A stretch of DNA of 64,000 nt from an uncultured Acidobacteriota bacterium (lineage in GTDB: Bacteria > Acidobacteriota > Blastocatellia > RBC074). Position 1 is the stretch's first letter; the number at the start of each line of letters is the position of its first letter. Shown here in pieces: positions 35,460 to 46,304 of the stretch. The stretch lies in the NCBI GenBank assembly GCA_963796275.1, contig CAWCKY010000003.1:480001-544000 (forward strand), given 5' to 3'. The translations under genes were made by a program, and so were the position numbers. Below the pieces are notes generated by a model. The model worked only from the letters and a program-made list of their open reading frames with translations. It made no database searches and had not been told where the DNA came from.

Positions 35460-36353
35460 TTATGTTGATGTACCCAGCCGATTGGTGCGCCAGATGACCA
35501 GGGTGGCGATAATGATTACGACCGTTGCCGCCGCCCCGCCTTCACAGCCGTAGCTTCCTCCTGTCAGCCAGGTAGGGTTCTCACTTGTCGAGGTAAAGAT
35601 AGGGGTTCGGGGAATAATGTAGCCGCTGATCGGCAAGCCGAAGAATGCGCCCATCATCCAATTCCAGGAGACATGAAGCGCGGAAGTGAACCATAAGCTG
35701 CGTGTTTTCAGAAATGCGACCGAGAGCCAAATCCCTGCCAGAATCGTGTTGGCGGTCGATAGGAACGTGGTGCCGGGATTACCCCGATGGCTGATCCCGA
35801 AAAATATGGCGAACAGCGCGATCGTCACTGAGGCCGGGGCGCCGCGTAAGAGCGTTTGAAACGGATAACCGCGAAAGATCAGTTCCTCGTAAGAGCCAGA
35901 GAGCGTCAAGAGGCCGAGCACCGCGAGCGTTTCAATGGCCATGGTTTGCAGGCCAGCGTAGTCGATTGCGCCGCCAGCCCACCAGGCGAGATTCGGTTCG
36001 ACTCGCGTTCCGCCTCCGATAATTTGCAAACCGACTATTGAAATTATCATGAGGGCGCCTATTCCCCATCCTGTCAGAATTTGGCGCCGCCAGCTTTTGC
36101 TGAACCCGAGCGATTTAAGGTTTAAATCCTCGAAGAAGCGCAGACAAAACCAGGATAGCAGGACAGTCCAGGTGATCACTATGGCGTAGTGGAGGAAAAT
36201 AGCGATGCTGGTTTCGAAGGCCGCCCGGTTCTCCTGGCCGCCCGAGCGGGTAAGCAGAAAAAATTGAGGCGAAAGCGTGATGAATACAAGGGTGCGCCAG
36301 GGGCTGCGCAGTACATTGGTTTGCGGGTTGATAAAAAGTGTAGTCGGGTTCAT
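35460..36353 (-). CDS. CPBP (Abi/CAAX) intramembrane glutamic protease
   Basis: EELIFRGY, FGISH, LHVSWN, GGSYGCEG. Confidence 0.85.
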   Translation of the reverse strand: MNPTTLFINPQTNVLRSPWRTLVFITLSPQFFLLTRSGGQENRAAFETSIAIFLHYAIVITWTVLLSWFCLRFFEDLNLKSLGFSKSWRRQILTGWGIGALMIISIVGLQIIGGGTRVEPNLAWWAGGAIDYAGLQTMAIETLAVLGLLTLSGSYEELIFRGYPFQTLLRGAPASVTIALFAIFFGISHRGNPGTTFLSTANTILAGIWLSVAFLKTRSLWFTSALHVSWNWMMGAFFGLPISGYIIPRTPIFTSTSENPTWLTGGSYGCEGGAAATVVIIIATLVIWRTNRLGTST

Positions 36354-36392
36354 ATTCTCTTCAGCGGTCTGTTAAAATCATATTGAATCACA

Positions 36393-38698
36393 ATGTCTAT
36401 ACCAAATCGTACGTCTCAGACGTCTGCACCATCGTCTCCGCCCCCAGCTCCAGAGGTTGCCAAGCGCCGGCACAAGCGCCGCCGCACGCGCATTATCTTA
36501 TTGTCTCTGGTGACAGTCCCTGTCTTCATCCTTCTCTTCGTGCAGGCGGCCTTCGATACGAATCAATGGATCATCCCCTCATCGGTCAATGAGACTATAA
36601 GTCTCTATGTCCTCTCGACCATCAATTTCCTGGCATTCATCGTTCTCCTAATGGCGCTGGTACGTAATATCATCAAGTTGCGCCAGGAAGGATTGGAACG
36701 GAAGCTCGGAGGGCGCTTCAAGACCAGGCTGGTCAGGTTCTTTATCATAGTCTCCGTCCTTCCCGTGACCTTTCTCTTTTTTGCGACTACCTCCTGGATC
36801 GGTCGCAATATGGACAAATGGTTCAGCCAGGACGTGGATAAGATGCGGGGAGAGGCAAATTATATAGAATCTAACTATGTCAAAGGCGAGGTGGCCAACT
36901 TGAACGGCCTGGCCGTCACGCTCGCCAGGATTGCAGCCCAGATCCCCGATGAAGCGCTTCCGGATACCCTCGCTGCCGAGATACAAACGCAGCAACTCCT
37001 CCTCGCACAACTATACAGTAAAGATGGTAGCCTGATCGCGCAAAGATTGAATATCGACCTCGATCAAGTGAATAGCAGCTTTCGCAGAACGTTGGCGCAT
37101 GTCCGCTCCGACGCCATCCAGGGTGTTGCAACGGCCGCGGAAGTGCCTGAGCGTCTGTCCAGCCCGATCTATCTGATCGCTGCGGCTCCTGTCTCGACCG
37201 AACGAGGCGGCGCGTTGGTCATCGCACGGTCGGTGCCGCTCAATTTCGCGCAGAACATCATCAACCTGAGAAAGTTTCAGAGTAATTACGACGAGCTCAG
37301 GGGAAATCAAAAGGTGTTCAAGAACTCGGCCATGCTGACGCTCGTCTTGATAACGACGCTGGTCATCTTCAGCTCTTTCTGGTTAACGCTTTATCTAGCT
37401 CGCACTATCGCAGACCCTGTCCGGCAGCTCGCCGAGGCGACCGAACGCATCAAAGCCGGTGACTTGAGTTACCGGACCGACGTTATCGGGGATGATGAGC
37501 TCGCTGCGCTAGCCCTGTCGTTCAACGAAATGACGGCCGAACTGGGTGAGAATCGCCGCCGGCTCGAACAGTCGGCGGACGATCTGCAGCAGAGCAATGC
37601 ATCGCTCGACGAGCGGAGGCGCTATATCGAAACGGTCCTTCAGAGCCTGTCTGCAGGCGTCATCTCTCTGGATGAGAATGCTAACGTGACGACGATCAAT
37701 GAGGCTGCCATGAAGCTTTTGCGGATCGACAGCAGGCAGATGACGGGAGTCGCGTTCGAAGGGCTTCTCTCCGAAGAGCACCGCGAGGAGTTGCGCAAGA
37801 TGATTCTGCGCGCGGCTCGCCTGCGTTCCGTCACGCGCGAGGTTCAGTTCACGCTCGCCGAGGATCATTAAGCTCGTTGCGACGGTAACGGTCACCGCCT
37901 TGCAGGACCCTCGCGGACAATCCCGGGGTGCCGTGATCGTGATCGAAGGATCTGACCGAATTGATAGAAGCGCAGCGGAGGGCGGCCTGGAGCGAGGTCG
38001 CACGCCGGATGGCGCACGAGATCAAAAATCCGCTGACCCCGATCAAGCTTTCAGCTGAGAGGCTCGCCAAAAACCTGTTGGGAGAGGTGAACGGCAAGGA
38101 CGGACATGACCTGCTGAGCGATCGTCAAACCAAGATCGTTCGCGAATGCACGTCGATGATCGGGGCTGAGGTCGCGACTCTCCAGCGCATGGTCGACGAG
38201 TTCTCGAATTTCGCGCGTCTGCCGAATGCCAGGCTCGAGCCCACCTCGCTCAATGACGTGGTTGAAAATACTCTTAGACTCTACGATGAACGGCTGAACG
38301 GAATCGGGCTGGAGAGCAACCTGGATACCGAGCTGTCCCCCGTTTTGATAGACCGCGAGCAGATCAAGCGAGTGCTCGTCAACCTCATCGACAATGCTGC
38401 GGAGGCTTTGGCGGAGACTTCGAATGGGAATGGAGCGAATCCTTACATAAAAGTCAGTACGCGCGAAATTCCCGAACGCGAGGCGGTCGAACTGGTCGTC
38501 GCCGATTCCGGGCCCGGCATCGCGCCCGAGGACCGGGAACGAGTCTTCGATCCGTATTTTTCGACGCGAAAACGCGGGACAGGGCTCGGACTGCCCATCG
38601 TCAGCCACATCGTGGCTGAGCATCAGGGACGCATCCGGCTCCAGGAAAATACACCTCGAGGCGCCTTATTCGTTATCGAATTGCCGGCAGCAAAATAG
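36393..38698 (+). CDS. NtrY-like HAMP-PAS sensor histidine kinase; two +1 frameshifts (~37866, ~37948)
   Basis: GRFKTRLV TM region, HAMP, PAS; AWSEVARRMAHEIKNPLTPI H-box, GTGLGL. The bridging frame reads IKLVATVTVTALQDPRGQSRGAVIVIE-DLTELI. Confidence 0.85.
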
Positions 38699-38804
38699 CT
38701 TTCAGTTTTTAGTTTTCAGTTTTCAGTATACAGGTTTCAGTTGGACGCACAATTGAGAGCTGAAAGCCGAAAACAAAAAACTGAAAACTGAAAACTGAAA
38801 ACTG
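38699..38804. repeat. Inverted heptamer array (TTTTCAG)n ... (CTGAAAA)n
   Basis: TTTCAGTTTTTAGTTTTCAGTTTTCAG ... AAAACTGAAAACTGAAAACTGAAAACTG between kinase and regulator genes. Confidence 0.75.
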
Positions 38805-38807
38805 TTC

Positions 38808-40154
38808 ATGGCTCACTCTATTCTCATTGTTGATGATGAACCTGGCATCCGCCAGTCACTGACCGGTGTGCTCGAAGATGAAGGCTTTATCGTCTCTTCC
38901 GTCGCAAGTGGAGAGGAATGTCTCACCGCATTCGAGAAAAGGCTCTACACCTGTGTCCTCCTTGATGTCTGGCTGCCGGGCATTGATGGTATCCAAACGC
39001 TGGAGAGGTTGAAATCGAGTTATCCTGACGTCGGTGTCGTCATGATCTCCGGTCACGGAAGGATCGAGACGGCTGTGCGCGCGACGAAGCTCGGAGCCTT
39101 TGATTTCATCGAAAAGCCGCTCTCGCTCGAGAAGACCATCCTGGCGGTCAAGAATGCCATTCGCCAGCGTGAACTAGAAGCGACTAATTCGGATCTCCAG
39201 GCCAAGCTCGCAAAAAGCTATGTCATGATCGGTAATTCGGTTCCGATGCGCGCCCTGCGCCAGCAGATCGCTTACGCCGCGCCGACTCATGGGCGTGTGC
39301 TGATTTATGGTGAATCGGGCACGGGCAAGGAATTGGTGGCGCGCGCCCTACACGGACAGAGTGCACGCGCGTCGCGGCCATTCATCGAATTCAATTGCGC
39401 GGCGATCCCGGAAGAACTGATCGAATCGGAGCTGTTCGGCCACGTCAAAGGGGCCTTCACCGGCGCCACGCAAGCCAAACGCGGCAAATTCGAACGCGCG
39501 GACGCAGCGACGCTCTTTCTCGATGAGGTCGGCGATATGAGCTACAAAATGCAGTCGAAAGTACTTCGTGTGCTAGAGGAGCAGAGCTTTGAGCCGGTGG
39601 GTTCTGAAACATCGGTCAATGTCGATGTGCGCGTGATTGCGGCGACCAACAAACGCCTGGAAGCCGAGATCGAACGTGGATCCTTTCGGGCGGACCTTTT
39701 CTACCGACTCAATGTCATCCCCTTCGAAATCCCTCCGCTGCGCGAGCGGCTGGAGGATATTCCGTTGCTCGTCCAGCATTTCAATCTGGAATACTCGCTC
39801 GCCAACGGCCGCACGCCCAAAGACTTCAGCGAGTCAGCCTGGTCGCGGATGCAGAGTTATTCCTGGCCCGGGAACGTGCGCGAGCTTCGTAACACGGTCG
39901 AACGCGTCATCATTATGAACGTGCGCAATGAAGTCGAAGCTGACGACCTGCCGATCCTGAGCGGCGAAGCCTCTCCTGCCTCGAGCTATAACTTCGATTC
40001 CTACCGCGAGGCCGCCGAAGCTTACGAACGCGAGTACATACTCAGGAAGCTCTCGGAGACAGACGGCAACATCAGCCGCACTGCCGAGTTGATGGGGATT
40101 GACCGCAGCCATCTTTACCGCCGCATGAAAGCGCTCGGAATCAACCGCGTTTGA
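38808..40154 (+). CDS. NtrX-like sigma-54-dependent response regulator
   Basis: REC domain (LLDVWLPG, MISGHG), GESGTGKE, GAFTGA, LFLDEV, WPGNVREL, Fis-type HTH. Confidence 0.9.
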   Translation: MAHSILIVDDEPGIRQSLTGVLEDEGFIVSSVASGEECLTAFEKRLYTCVLLDVWLPGIDGIQTLERLKSSYPDVGVVMISGHGRIETAVRATKLGAFDFIEKPLSLEKTILAVKNAIRQRELEATNSDLQAKLAKSYVMIGNSVPMRALRQQIAYAAPTHGRVLIYGESGTGKELVARALHGQSARASRPFIEFNCAAIPEELIESELFGHVKGAFTGATQAKRGKFERADAATLFLDEVGDMSYKMQSKVLRVLEEQSFEPVGSETSVNVDVRVIAATNKRLEAEIERGSFRADLFYRLNVIPFEIPPLRERLEDIPLLVQHFNLEYSLANGRTPKDFSESAWSRMQSYSWPGNVRELRNTVERVIIMNVRNEVEADDLPILSGEASPASSYNFDSYREAAEAYEREYILRKLSETDGNISRTAELMGIDRSHLYRRMKALGINRV

Positions 40155-40249
40155 TTGCGAAAATTCACCATAAATAGCGAATCAAGGAAGCTCATCATTT
40201 GCAGATTCTCGTATTGCCCTTGCCCATTAGTCAGTTGCGGGCGGAGGTA

Positions 40250-42991
40250 TTAATCCCCCTCCCTGCCAACGGAAACCGACCACATGGGTTTCTCACTCAC
40301 TGGCGCACGGGCAGCCTGCTGCTCCATACGCTCCGCACGTAGTTCGGGATTGCCGGGATCCGGCAATGCGCGGCCCTGCCTATCTTGAAACTCCGCCAAA
40401 ATACGTTCCTGCACTTCCTGAGGAAGAGAAGTGAATCTTCGGGCGCGTTCCAGGGCCTCCTCATCGGAAAACCACAACGCCTTGGCCGCCTCTTGCTTGC
40501 GCTTGTTTCCATCGAAGACATTCCGATCTTCTTCGCCAAAGCGCACCGCCTCGAGCCATTCATAGCCTTCGTCGCATGGGAACCCCTTCGGTAAAAGTTT
40601 TCGGGAAGCCTTTGACGGGCGAACGAAACGCCCGTCGGTCTGAGGTATCCAATCAGAGTCTCTCAATATGCAGACAAGCTGCGATGCCGCCGTTCTGACT
40701 GGATAGTGGGAATTCTTACGGTACTTTGCCAAAAGCCAATCGCTATTCCGCATGTCACAGAGAGTTCTCCATATCAGCCGCGACAATGCTTCATCGTTCC
40801 GGATCAGGTTAGATGTCAGCCCCTCAATTGTGTAATCTTGATTAATACCATAGGTGACGGACCAGTTACCCTGCGCATCATATATGAGATGCTCTACCGC
40901 AGGGTTTTCGTCGCAGGAGGCCTGCTTGATTTCCAGTCGGAATAGAACCCCGACTGCCTCGGCAAATATCAGGAATTTTTCTCTCGGAATTCGCGCTTTC
41001 CGGTAAGAATCAGATAACGCTACACGACCTTCGTCAGGTCCGACCGCATCGTAATAGGCGCTTAACCCCGTCTCCCGGAATGGGGAGTCGATATAAATTC
41101 CGCTTGGACTGCGCCATTGGCCGTCCGTGCCCTTGAAAATATAGAAATCTGCGAATAATGCAGCCGCATCCGGCTTTTTCTCCAACAACGCGATAAAGCG
41201 ATTGATATCCTTCAAATGTTGCTTCTCATCCGGAATCTCCGCCTCATAGGAGTATCGCCGCTTCAAAATGCCCTCAACCTGCTCAGTCTCGCCGGCTTCG
41301 CGAACGCCGATCTCCTCCAACAACTTTCTGGCCTCTTCCTGCTCCGCCTTGTTCTCGCCGGATGAATAAACGCCCTCGGTCACGCGTGGAATAGCGTCAT
41401 CGAGCTCAATTCCACTGCCTGGGAAATAGCACTCGCTTCCCTTGCCGTATCCCCCGTTACTGAGGCGGACGATGTGAAGGCGTTTCAAGCAATCGAGAGC
41501 ATAATTGCGTTCAGACTCAGACCATGCATGGATATTCGCATGAAACAGCGCATACATTTTCTGCTGCCATTCATCCGGCTTGGCGGCGAGCCAGTCCATT
41601 AGCTGTGCCCTCGTCATATTGTATGGCGGGCCTGATGATTTGAAGTATGTTTTATTCCATAACAGCTCCATGAATTGATCGATATCCCACTCAGTGATTG
41701 CTAACCCTGATAGAAATCGATCCACGTCGCTATTCTTCTCCGCCGCGCCAATCGCCCATTGAAATGGCACGTCATCATAATCAATCAGGTACTCGATGTC
41801 CTCAGGTGAAAGAAACTCTTTGACCGATGCGTTCCCCTGCAACAATCGCGTGGCTGGGGCATATGCCCCGGAATGGGTCGGTGTTAGCGACTCTTTGTTC
41901 ATCTCCTCGATGATCGCCGAACGAATGGATTCATACTGAGATGGTAAGGAGTCGTGCGGATTGGGAAGCACGCCGAGAAATTCTCCGGTAAGTAGATTCA
42001 GATCGCGAATACTATGTAAAGAGGCGGCCGTCAGCTCGGCGAGTTGCTTGAACAATGGGTCGTTGGCGGGCGTCTTTTTAATACTGGCCCGGCTCAGTTC
42101 CGGCACAAAAGGCGCGTGGAGATGGAAGCGCAAACCGGATGCCTCTTTTTCCGCAGGGAAAAATACAGCGACACTGCCCGGATCGACCGGGACTATTTTA
42201 AGTTGCTTCGCCAGCGCCCGTTGGGGATCAAACTCATTAACGTCAGAAAGGAAGTCCAGTTCGAACGCGATTGAAACATGCTGCTTATCCACGCCTTCCG
42301 CGGAATTCGAGAAACGCAGGAAATGAGAACTCGCTTTCGTTTCACCATCTGCCTTTTTCACTATCTCGATATGATTCTCAGAGAACCGGGCACGCCGAAC
42401 CTCGCCGGACACTTTCTTATCAATCTGCCAGCTGATGGACTCCAAATTCGACAGGAAGAGAAGTGTGGTCTCCGCCAGTTCCGTCAACGCCGCCTTAACC
42501 TCTGAGTAAGCCTCTTCAGCGCTCTTCCTGGGATTGTTGAAGGGAATTTCGAACCGAGTCTTGCCCCCTATCTTTGGATCGACTTTTATCGGTTCCGGGT
42601 GAACGAGCTTTGAAATCTTGAACGAGAATTCTTTTGAGTGAATTATCGGAGTAATGGTGTAGACGAACACGGATTTAAATCCGATACCGAACTTTCCGAT
42701 TTGATCCGGCGCATTGGTCTTGGTGCTGTTGTGAATACCCGTGATGGCCTTGACATCAGATTCGGTAAACGCTCTCTTGCCGTTATGCTCAAAAACACAA
42801 CTCGTTCGCGTGAGCAAAAAAGCGGCTTCTGTGGCTTCCGCATCCTCGGCATTCTGAAGTAACTCGAAGATAAAGTGGGCCTGGTCGGGATAAAAATCCT
42901 CGAATATATCTAAATTGATATCCCCCTCGTTATCATCGAGAGCTTGAAGGAACTTCCACCGTTGGGCGGCGAGTTTAGAGATGAATGACAT
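40250..42991 (-). CDS. Sacsin/Nov-like GHKL ATPase protein, probably C-terminally truncated
   Basis: HFIFELLQNAEDA, FEHNG..F, IGKFGIGFKSVF, FHLHAPF; coding-like sequence appears to continue past the stop. Confidence 0.75.
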   Translation of the reverse strand: MSFISKLAAQRWKFLQALDDNEGDINLDIFEDFYPDQAHFIFELLQNAEDAEATEAAFLLTRTSCVFEHNGKRAFTESDVKAITGIHNSTKTNAPDQIGKFGIGFKSVFVYTITPIIHSKEFSFKISKLVHPEPIKVDPKIGGKTRFEIPFNNPRKSAEEAYSEVKAALTELAETTLLFLSNLESISWQIDKKVSGEVRRARFSENHIEIVKKADGETKASSHFLRFSNSAEGVDKQHVSIAFELDFLSDVNEFDPQRALAKQLKIVPVDPGSVAVFFPAEKEASGLRFHLHAPFVPELSRASIKKTPANDPLFKQLAELTAASLHSIRDLNLLTGEFLGVLPNPHDSLPSQYESIRSAIIEEMNKESLTPTHSGAYAPATRLLQGNASVKEFLSPEDIEYLIDYDDVPFQWAIGAAEKNSDVDRFLSGLAITEWDIDQFMELLWNKTYFKSSGPPYNMTRAQLMDWLAAKPDEWQQKMYALFHANIHAWSESERNYALDCLKRLHIVRLSNGGYGKGSECYFPGSGIELDDAIPRVTEGVYSSGENKAEQEEARKLLEEIGVREAGETEQVEGILKRRYSYEAEIPDEKQHLKDINRFIALLEKKPDAAALFADFYIFKGTDGQWRSPSGIYIDSPFRETGLSAYYDAVGPDEGRVALSDSYRKARIPREKFLIFAEAVGVLFRLEIKQASCDENPAVEHLIYDAQGNWSVTYGINQDYTIEGLTSNLIRNDEALSRLIWRTLCDMRNSDWLLAKYRKNSHYPVRTAASQLVCILRDSDWIPQTDGRFVRPSKASRKLLPKGFPCDEGYEWLEAVRFGEEDRNVFDGNKRKQEAAKALWFSDEEALERARRFTSLPQEVQERILAEFQDRQGRALPDPGNPELRAERMEQQAARAPVSEKPMWSVSVGREGD

Positions 42992-43443
42992 TGCTGTACT
43001 CCCCCTTCATCAAACTAATCTTCTCGCACTGGCCGCCCTGAGCCATTTCTCCCAATTACGATCGACGAGATCGGCAGAGTGCGGCAGGCGCCTTGAAGTC
43101 TTCAAGGGCTAGGTGATCTTGTGTTTTTTCATTTAACCGGATAACCGGTGAAGAAATTATCCACTGGTTCTAAAAAGAAATGATGGGCTTGTGAGATTGG
43201 ATTATTGAAACGAGGTGTCTTGGGGCAGTACCGTCGATAAGCGGTTACAACAATCTCTCAAAAAAATTTCTCGATTTCGTCAGCCCCATCGAACACCGCG
43301 TTTTCTCCAGCACCGCCAAGCGGCACGGACTGGAGTTTATCAAACGCTCCGATTTTTGCCAATCTTTTCTATACGCGGTGCGGCTGGTAAGTCGACCCAA
43401 AATCGCCTCACGAGCAGAGAATATAAACTCCGACTTAAACGAC

Positions 43444-43499
43444 TTGCACCCGGGTTAGTGTATATTGTACACTACCTCCATCGTGTACAAGATACACTA
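43444..43499 (+). promoter_or_regulatory. nadA promoter with two tandem NrtR-like palindromic operators
   Basis: TAGTGTA-TATTG-TACACTA (43456-43474) and TCGTGTA-CAAGA-TACACTA (43481-43499), each with a GT-N7-AC core; possible -35 TTGCAC (43444) and -10 TACACT (43468). Confidence 0.65.
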
Positions 43500-43540
43500 A
43501 GTAATTGAAATAAATATAAACAGAGACGAAGAGGAGACAG

Positions 43541-44690
43541 ATGAACGAGAATAATGAAAGGACAGGACTGGCAACGGTGCTTGCGCCGGTTACCGCGCCG
43601 GGTCGAGGGGGCGTCAAACCGATCGACGAATATCTCAATTATGGGGAAGTCGAGCTTTACGAGCGGATCGGGGAAGCGAAGCGCAAGCTGGGCGATCGCG
43701 TGGTAGTTCTTGGGCATCACTATCAGCGGGACGATGTGATCTGTCATGCCGATTTGACGGGCGATTCATACAAGCTGGCGCAGATGGCTGCGCGGCGGGC
43801 CGAGGCGGAATTCATCGTCTTCTGCGGGGTGCATTTTATGGCCGAATCGGCGGACATCCTGAGCGGCCATCATCAGCAGGTGATTCTCCCGGATCTCGCG
43901 TGCGGGTTGTTCGATGGCCGATATGGCTCAGCTCGAGCAGGTCGAGACTGCCTGGGAGCAGCTGCAGGAGCTGGGCCTCGATTCACTGATGCCGATCACC
44001 TACATGAACTCCGCGGCGAACATCAAGGCCTTTTGCGGGCGGCAGGGGGGCGTAGTCTGCACTTCGTCAAACGCGGTCCCGCTTTTCGATTGGGCGTTAA
44101 AAGAGCGCGAGAAGCTGTTTTTCTTTCCCGATGAGCATCTGGGCCGCAATACTGGGATGAAATTCGGAATACCGCTCGATCAAATGGTCGTGTGGGATCC
44201 GCGGCTGGACCTGGGCGGCAATACGCCCGAGAAGTTGAAAGACGCGCGCATAATTCTTTGGAGAGGCTTCTGCTCGGTTCATGGACGGTTTTTGCCGCGC
44301 CACGTCGATGAGCGGCGCGCGGAATATCCCGGAATCAGGATTCTGGTCCATCCCGAATGCCGGTATGAGGTCGTGACGAAATCGGATCTCAATGGATCGA
44401 CCGAGTTCATCATCAAGACCCTGGCCGAGGCCGAATCGGGCAGCCGTTGGGCTGTGGGAACGGAATTGAATCTGGTCAACCGGCTGGCGAAGAGACATCC
44501 CGATAAGTTCGTGACTCTGCTCGCGCCCGACCTCTGCATGTGCGCGACTATGTTCCGCATCGCCCCCGAGAATCTGCTCTGGTCGCTCGAAAATCTGGTC
44601 GATGGCCATGTGGTCAACCGGATACGGGTCGACGAGGAGACTGCCAGATGGGCGAAGGTATCTCTCGATAGGATGCTGGCGATCCAGTGA
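43541..44690 (+). CDS. nadA: Quinolinate synthase NadA; +1 frameshift at ~43900
   Basis: LGHHYQR, FCGVHFMAESA, (AG)CSMADMA, YMNS, CTSSNA, FPDEHLGRN, CSVH, HPEC, GST, GTE, CATM. Confidence 0.92.
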
Positions 44691-44745
44691 AACGGGCGCG
44701 CAATTAGTTGCGCGAGCGTCAGCGCGCGAGTTTTCCGCGAGCTTT

Positions 44746-45156
44746 TTAGAACAAAGCGCGCGACTGCTCGCGCAACTTATTCGTTCGCCACAGGAATTCA
44801 GAAAAGAGTATCGCGAAACCCAGGTCGACCAGTGCAGGGAAGAAGCCGGCCCGTGAAATCAGGCCGCGGAAATAGGCGATCGCATAAATAAGAAAGAAAA
44901 GGGATTTGGAAATTGCCCCGAGCCAGGCGAAATCGCGAAAGCGTTTTTGATCGATGGCGATGAGCGCGTAACCGATTCCCCACGTGGCCACGCTGGAAGC
45001 GAACGATTGTGCGAGCAGCCGCGCCGCCGAATCGCTGATGCCCAATCGCGCGAGTAAAAATTCAGGCTTGAGGATCAGCATTATCGCGGCGCCCAGATTC
45101 CACGCGGCGGCGATGCCGAAAAGCATGCTATCGTAGATTTTTCGCTTTGAGTCCAT
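44746..45156 (-). CDS. Small 4-TM membrane protein of unknown function
   Basis: Four hydrophobic helices; directly follows the Rieske gene in the same orientation. Confidence 0.6.
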   Translation of the reverse strand: MDSKRKIYDSMLFGIAAAWNLGAAIMLILKPEFLLARLGISDSAARLLAQSFASSVATWGIGYALIAIDQKRFRDFAWLGAISKSLFFLIYAIAYFRGLISRAGFFPALVDLGFAILFSEFLWRTNKLREQSRALF

Positions 45157-45162
45157 GCTCTC

Positions 45163-45489
45163 TCAGCAGCGGACGAATAGATAATCATCTTCGATCTTGA
45201 CCTCATAGGCTTGCACGCGCAGCGATGGGACGGTCGTGCATTCTCCCGTCCGCAAATTGAAATCGAAGCAATGCCATGGGCAAAAAACTTTGCCGCCCTC
45301 GATAAAACCTTCGCTGAGAGGTGCGCCGCGATGTGGGCAGAGATCGTTGATCGCGTAATATGCGCCGTTGAAATGGAAGACCGCAATTTCCTGTTCTCCG
45401 ATTTCAAACCTTTTGCCGAAACCCGGCGGAATCTCGTGAACGGATGCTACTTTGTAAAAATGCTTATCTTCTTCGGGAGACAATTCCAT
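45163..45489 (-). CDS. Rieske [2Fe-2S] ferredoxin (NirD/dioxygenase-ferredoxin-like)
   Basis: CPHRGAPLSEG and CPWH motifs. Confidence 0.88.
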   Translation of the reverse strand: MELSPEEDKHFYKVASVHEIPPGFGKRFEIGEQEIAVFHFNGAYYAINDLCPHRGAPLSEGFIEGGKVFCPWHCFDFNLRTGECTTVPSLRVQAYEVKIEDDYLFVRC

Positions 45490-45706
45490 ATTCGTATCTC
45501 TACTCGATTGTTACCTGCGCAAATTAAAGTGATGACATCGTTAAAAAGAACTTTAATGTATGCAATCTTCACTTTTTTCTTGCTCAATTCGGAATTCTGG
45601 CAGAAAATGTGCCCGCCATTTCAAAGGTCACCCCTTAATACGACTTGCCAAATGTCGTATAAGCTCCAATAAAAAAGCATAGCTATTTTTCAAATGGAGG
45701 CGATCT

Positions 45707-46111
45707 ATGAAAAGACTCTTTTTGTCAATCCTCAGTCTTATCTTGCTTCTCTTGATTTCAATGACGCTCCTTGTCCGCACCACCCCAGCTGTCAGCGGGC
45801 AATCGAGCGACGCGATGATGAAGAAGGGGAGCGCTACAAAAGCCAAGAATGAAACGACTCCCAAGAGCGATGTTGAAATCCAGAAATGCATTATGGATAA
45901 ATTTTCCAATTCGGAAAAGCTCAGGTCACAGGGTTTCAACGCATCGGTGAGCAATGGCGAAGCCAGGCTCGCCGGCACCGCGCGTAACTCCGGCAGCAAA
46001 GGCGCTGCGACGCGCATCGCCCGGAATTGCGGAGCGAAGACCGTGACCAACGATATCACTGCTCCCAATATTCCAAAACCTAAGAAAGTTGAGTCAGAAA
46101 AGAAGAGCTGA
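45707..46111 (+). CDS. Exported BON-domain protein, copy 1
   Basis: GGAGG SD; signal peptide; SDVEIQKCI...VSNGEARLAG...GAKTVTNDIT. Confidence 0.75.
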   Translation: MKRLFLSILSLILLLLISMTLLVRTTPAVSGQSSDAMMKKGSATKAKNETTPKSDVEIQKCIMDKFSNSEKLRSQGFNASVSNGEARLAGTARNSGSKGAATRIARNCGAKTVTNDITAPNIPKPKKVESEKKS

Positions 46112-46304
46112 TTCCAACCTTCCCTTTCATTTATTCTTATGCCCTTGGGAGGTCATCGCTTTGATGTCATCGCTTTGATATTGATATGAAGCGGGCCTCC
46201 CATTTTTCCGGTAAATTTTGTCGGTTAGTTTACGCTAAGCTCGACGCTTGATTTCTTCTCAATTATGGCAAAAAATTAACAAGCAGCATTCAGACAGTTA
46301 GCGG

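Noticed and set aside
43541-44690. Programmed frameshift or split nadA
   Set aside because: No slippery heptamer at the site; same +1 pattern as four other sites, so a sequencing error is more likely.
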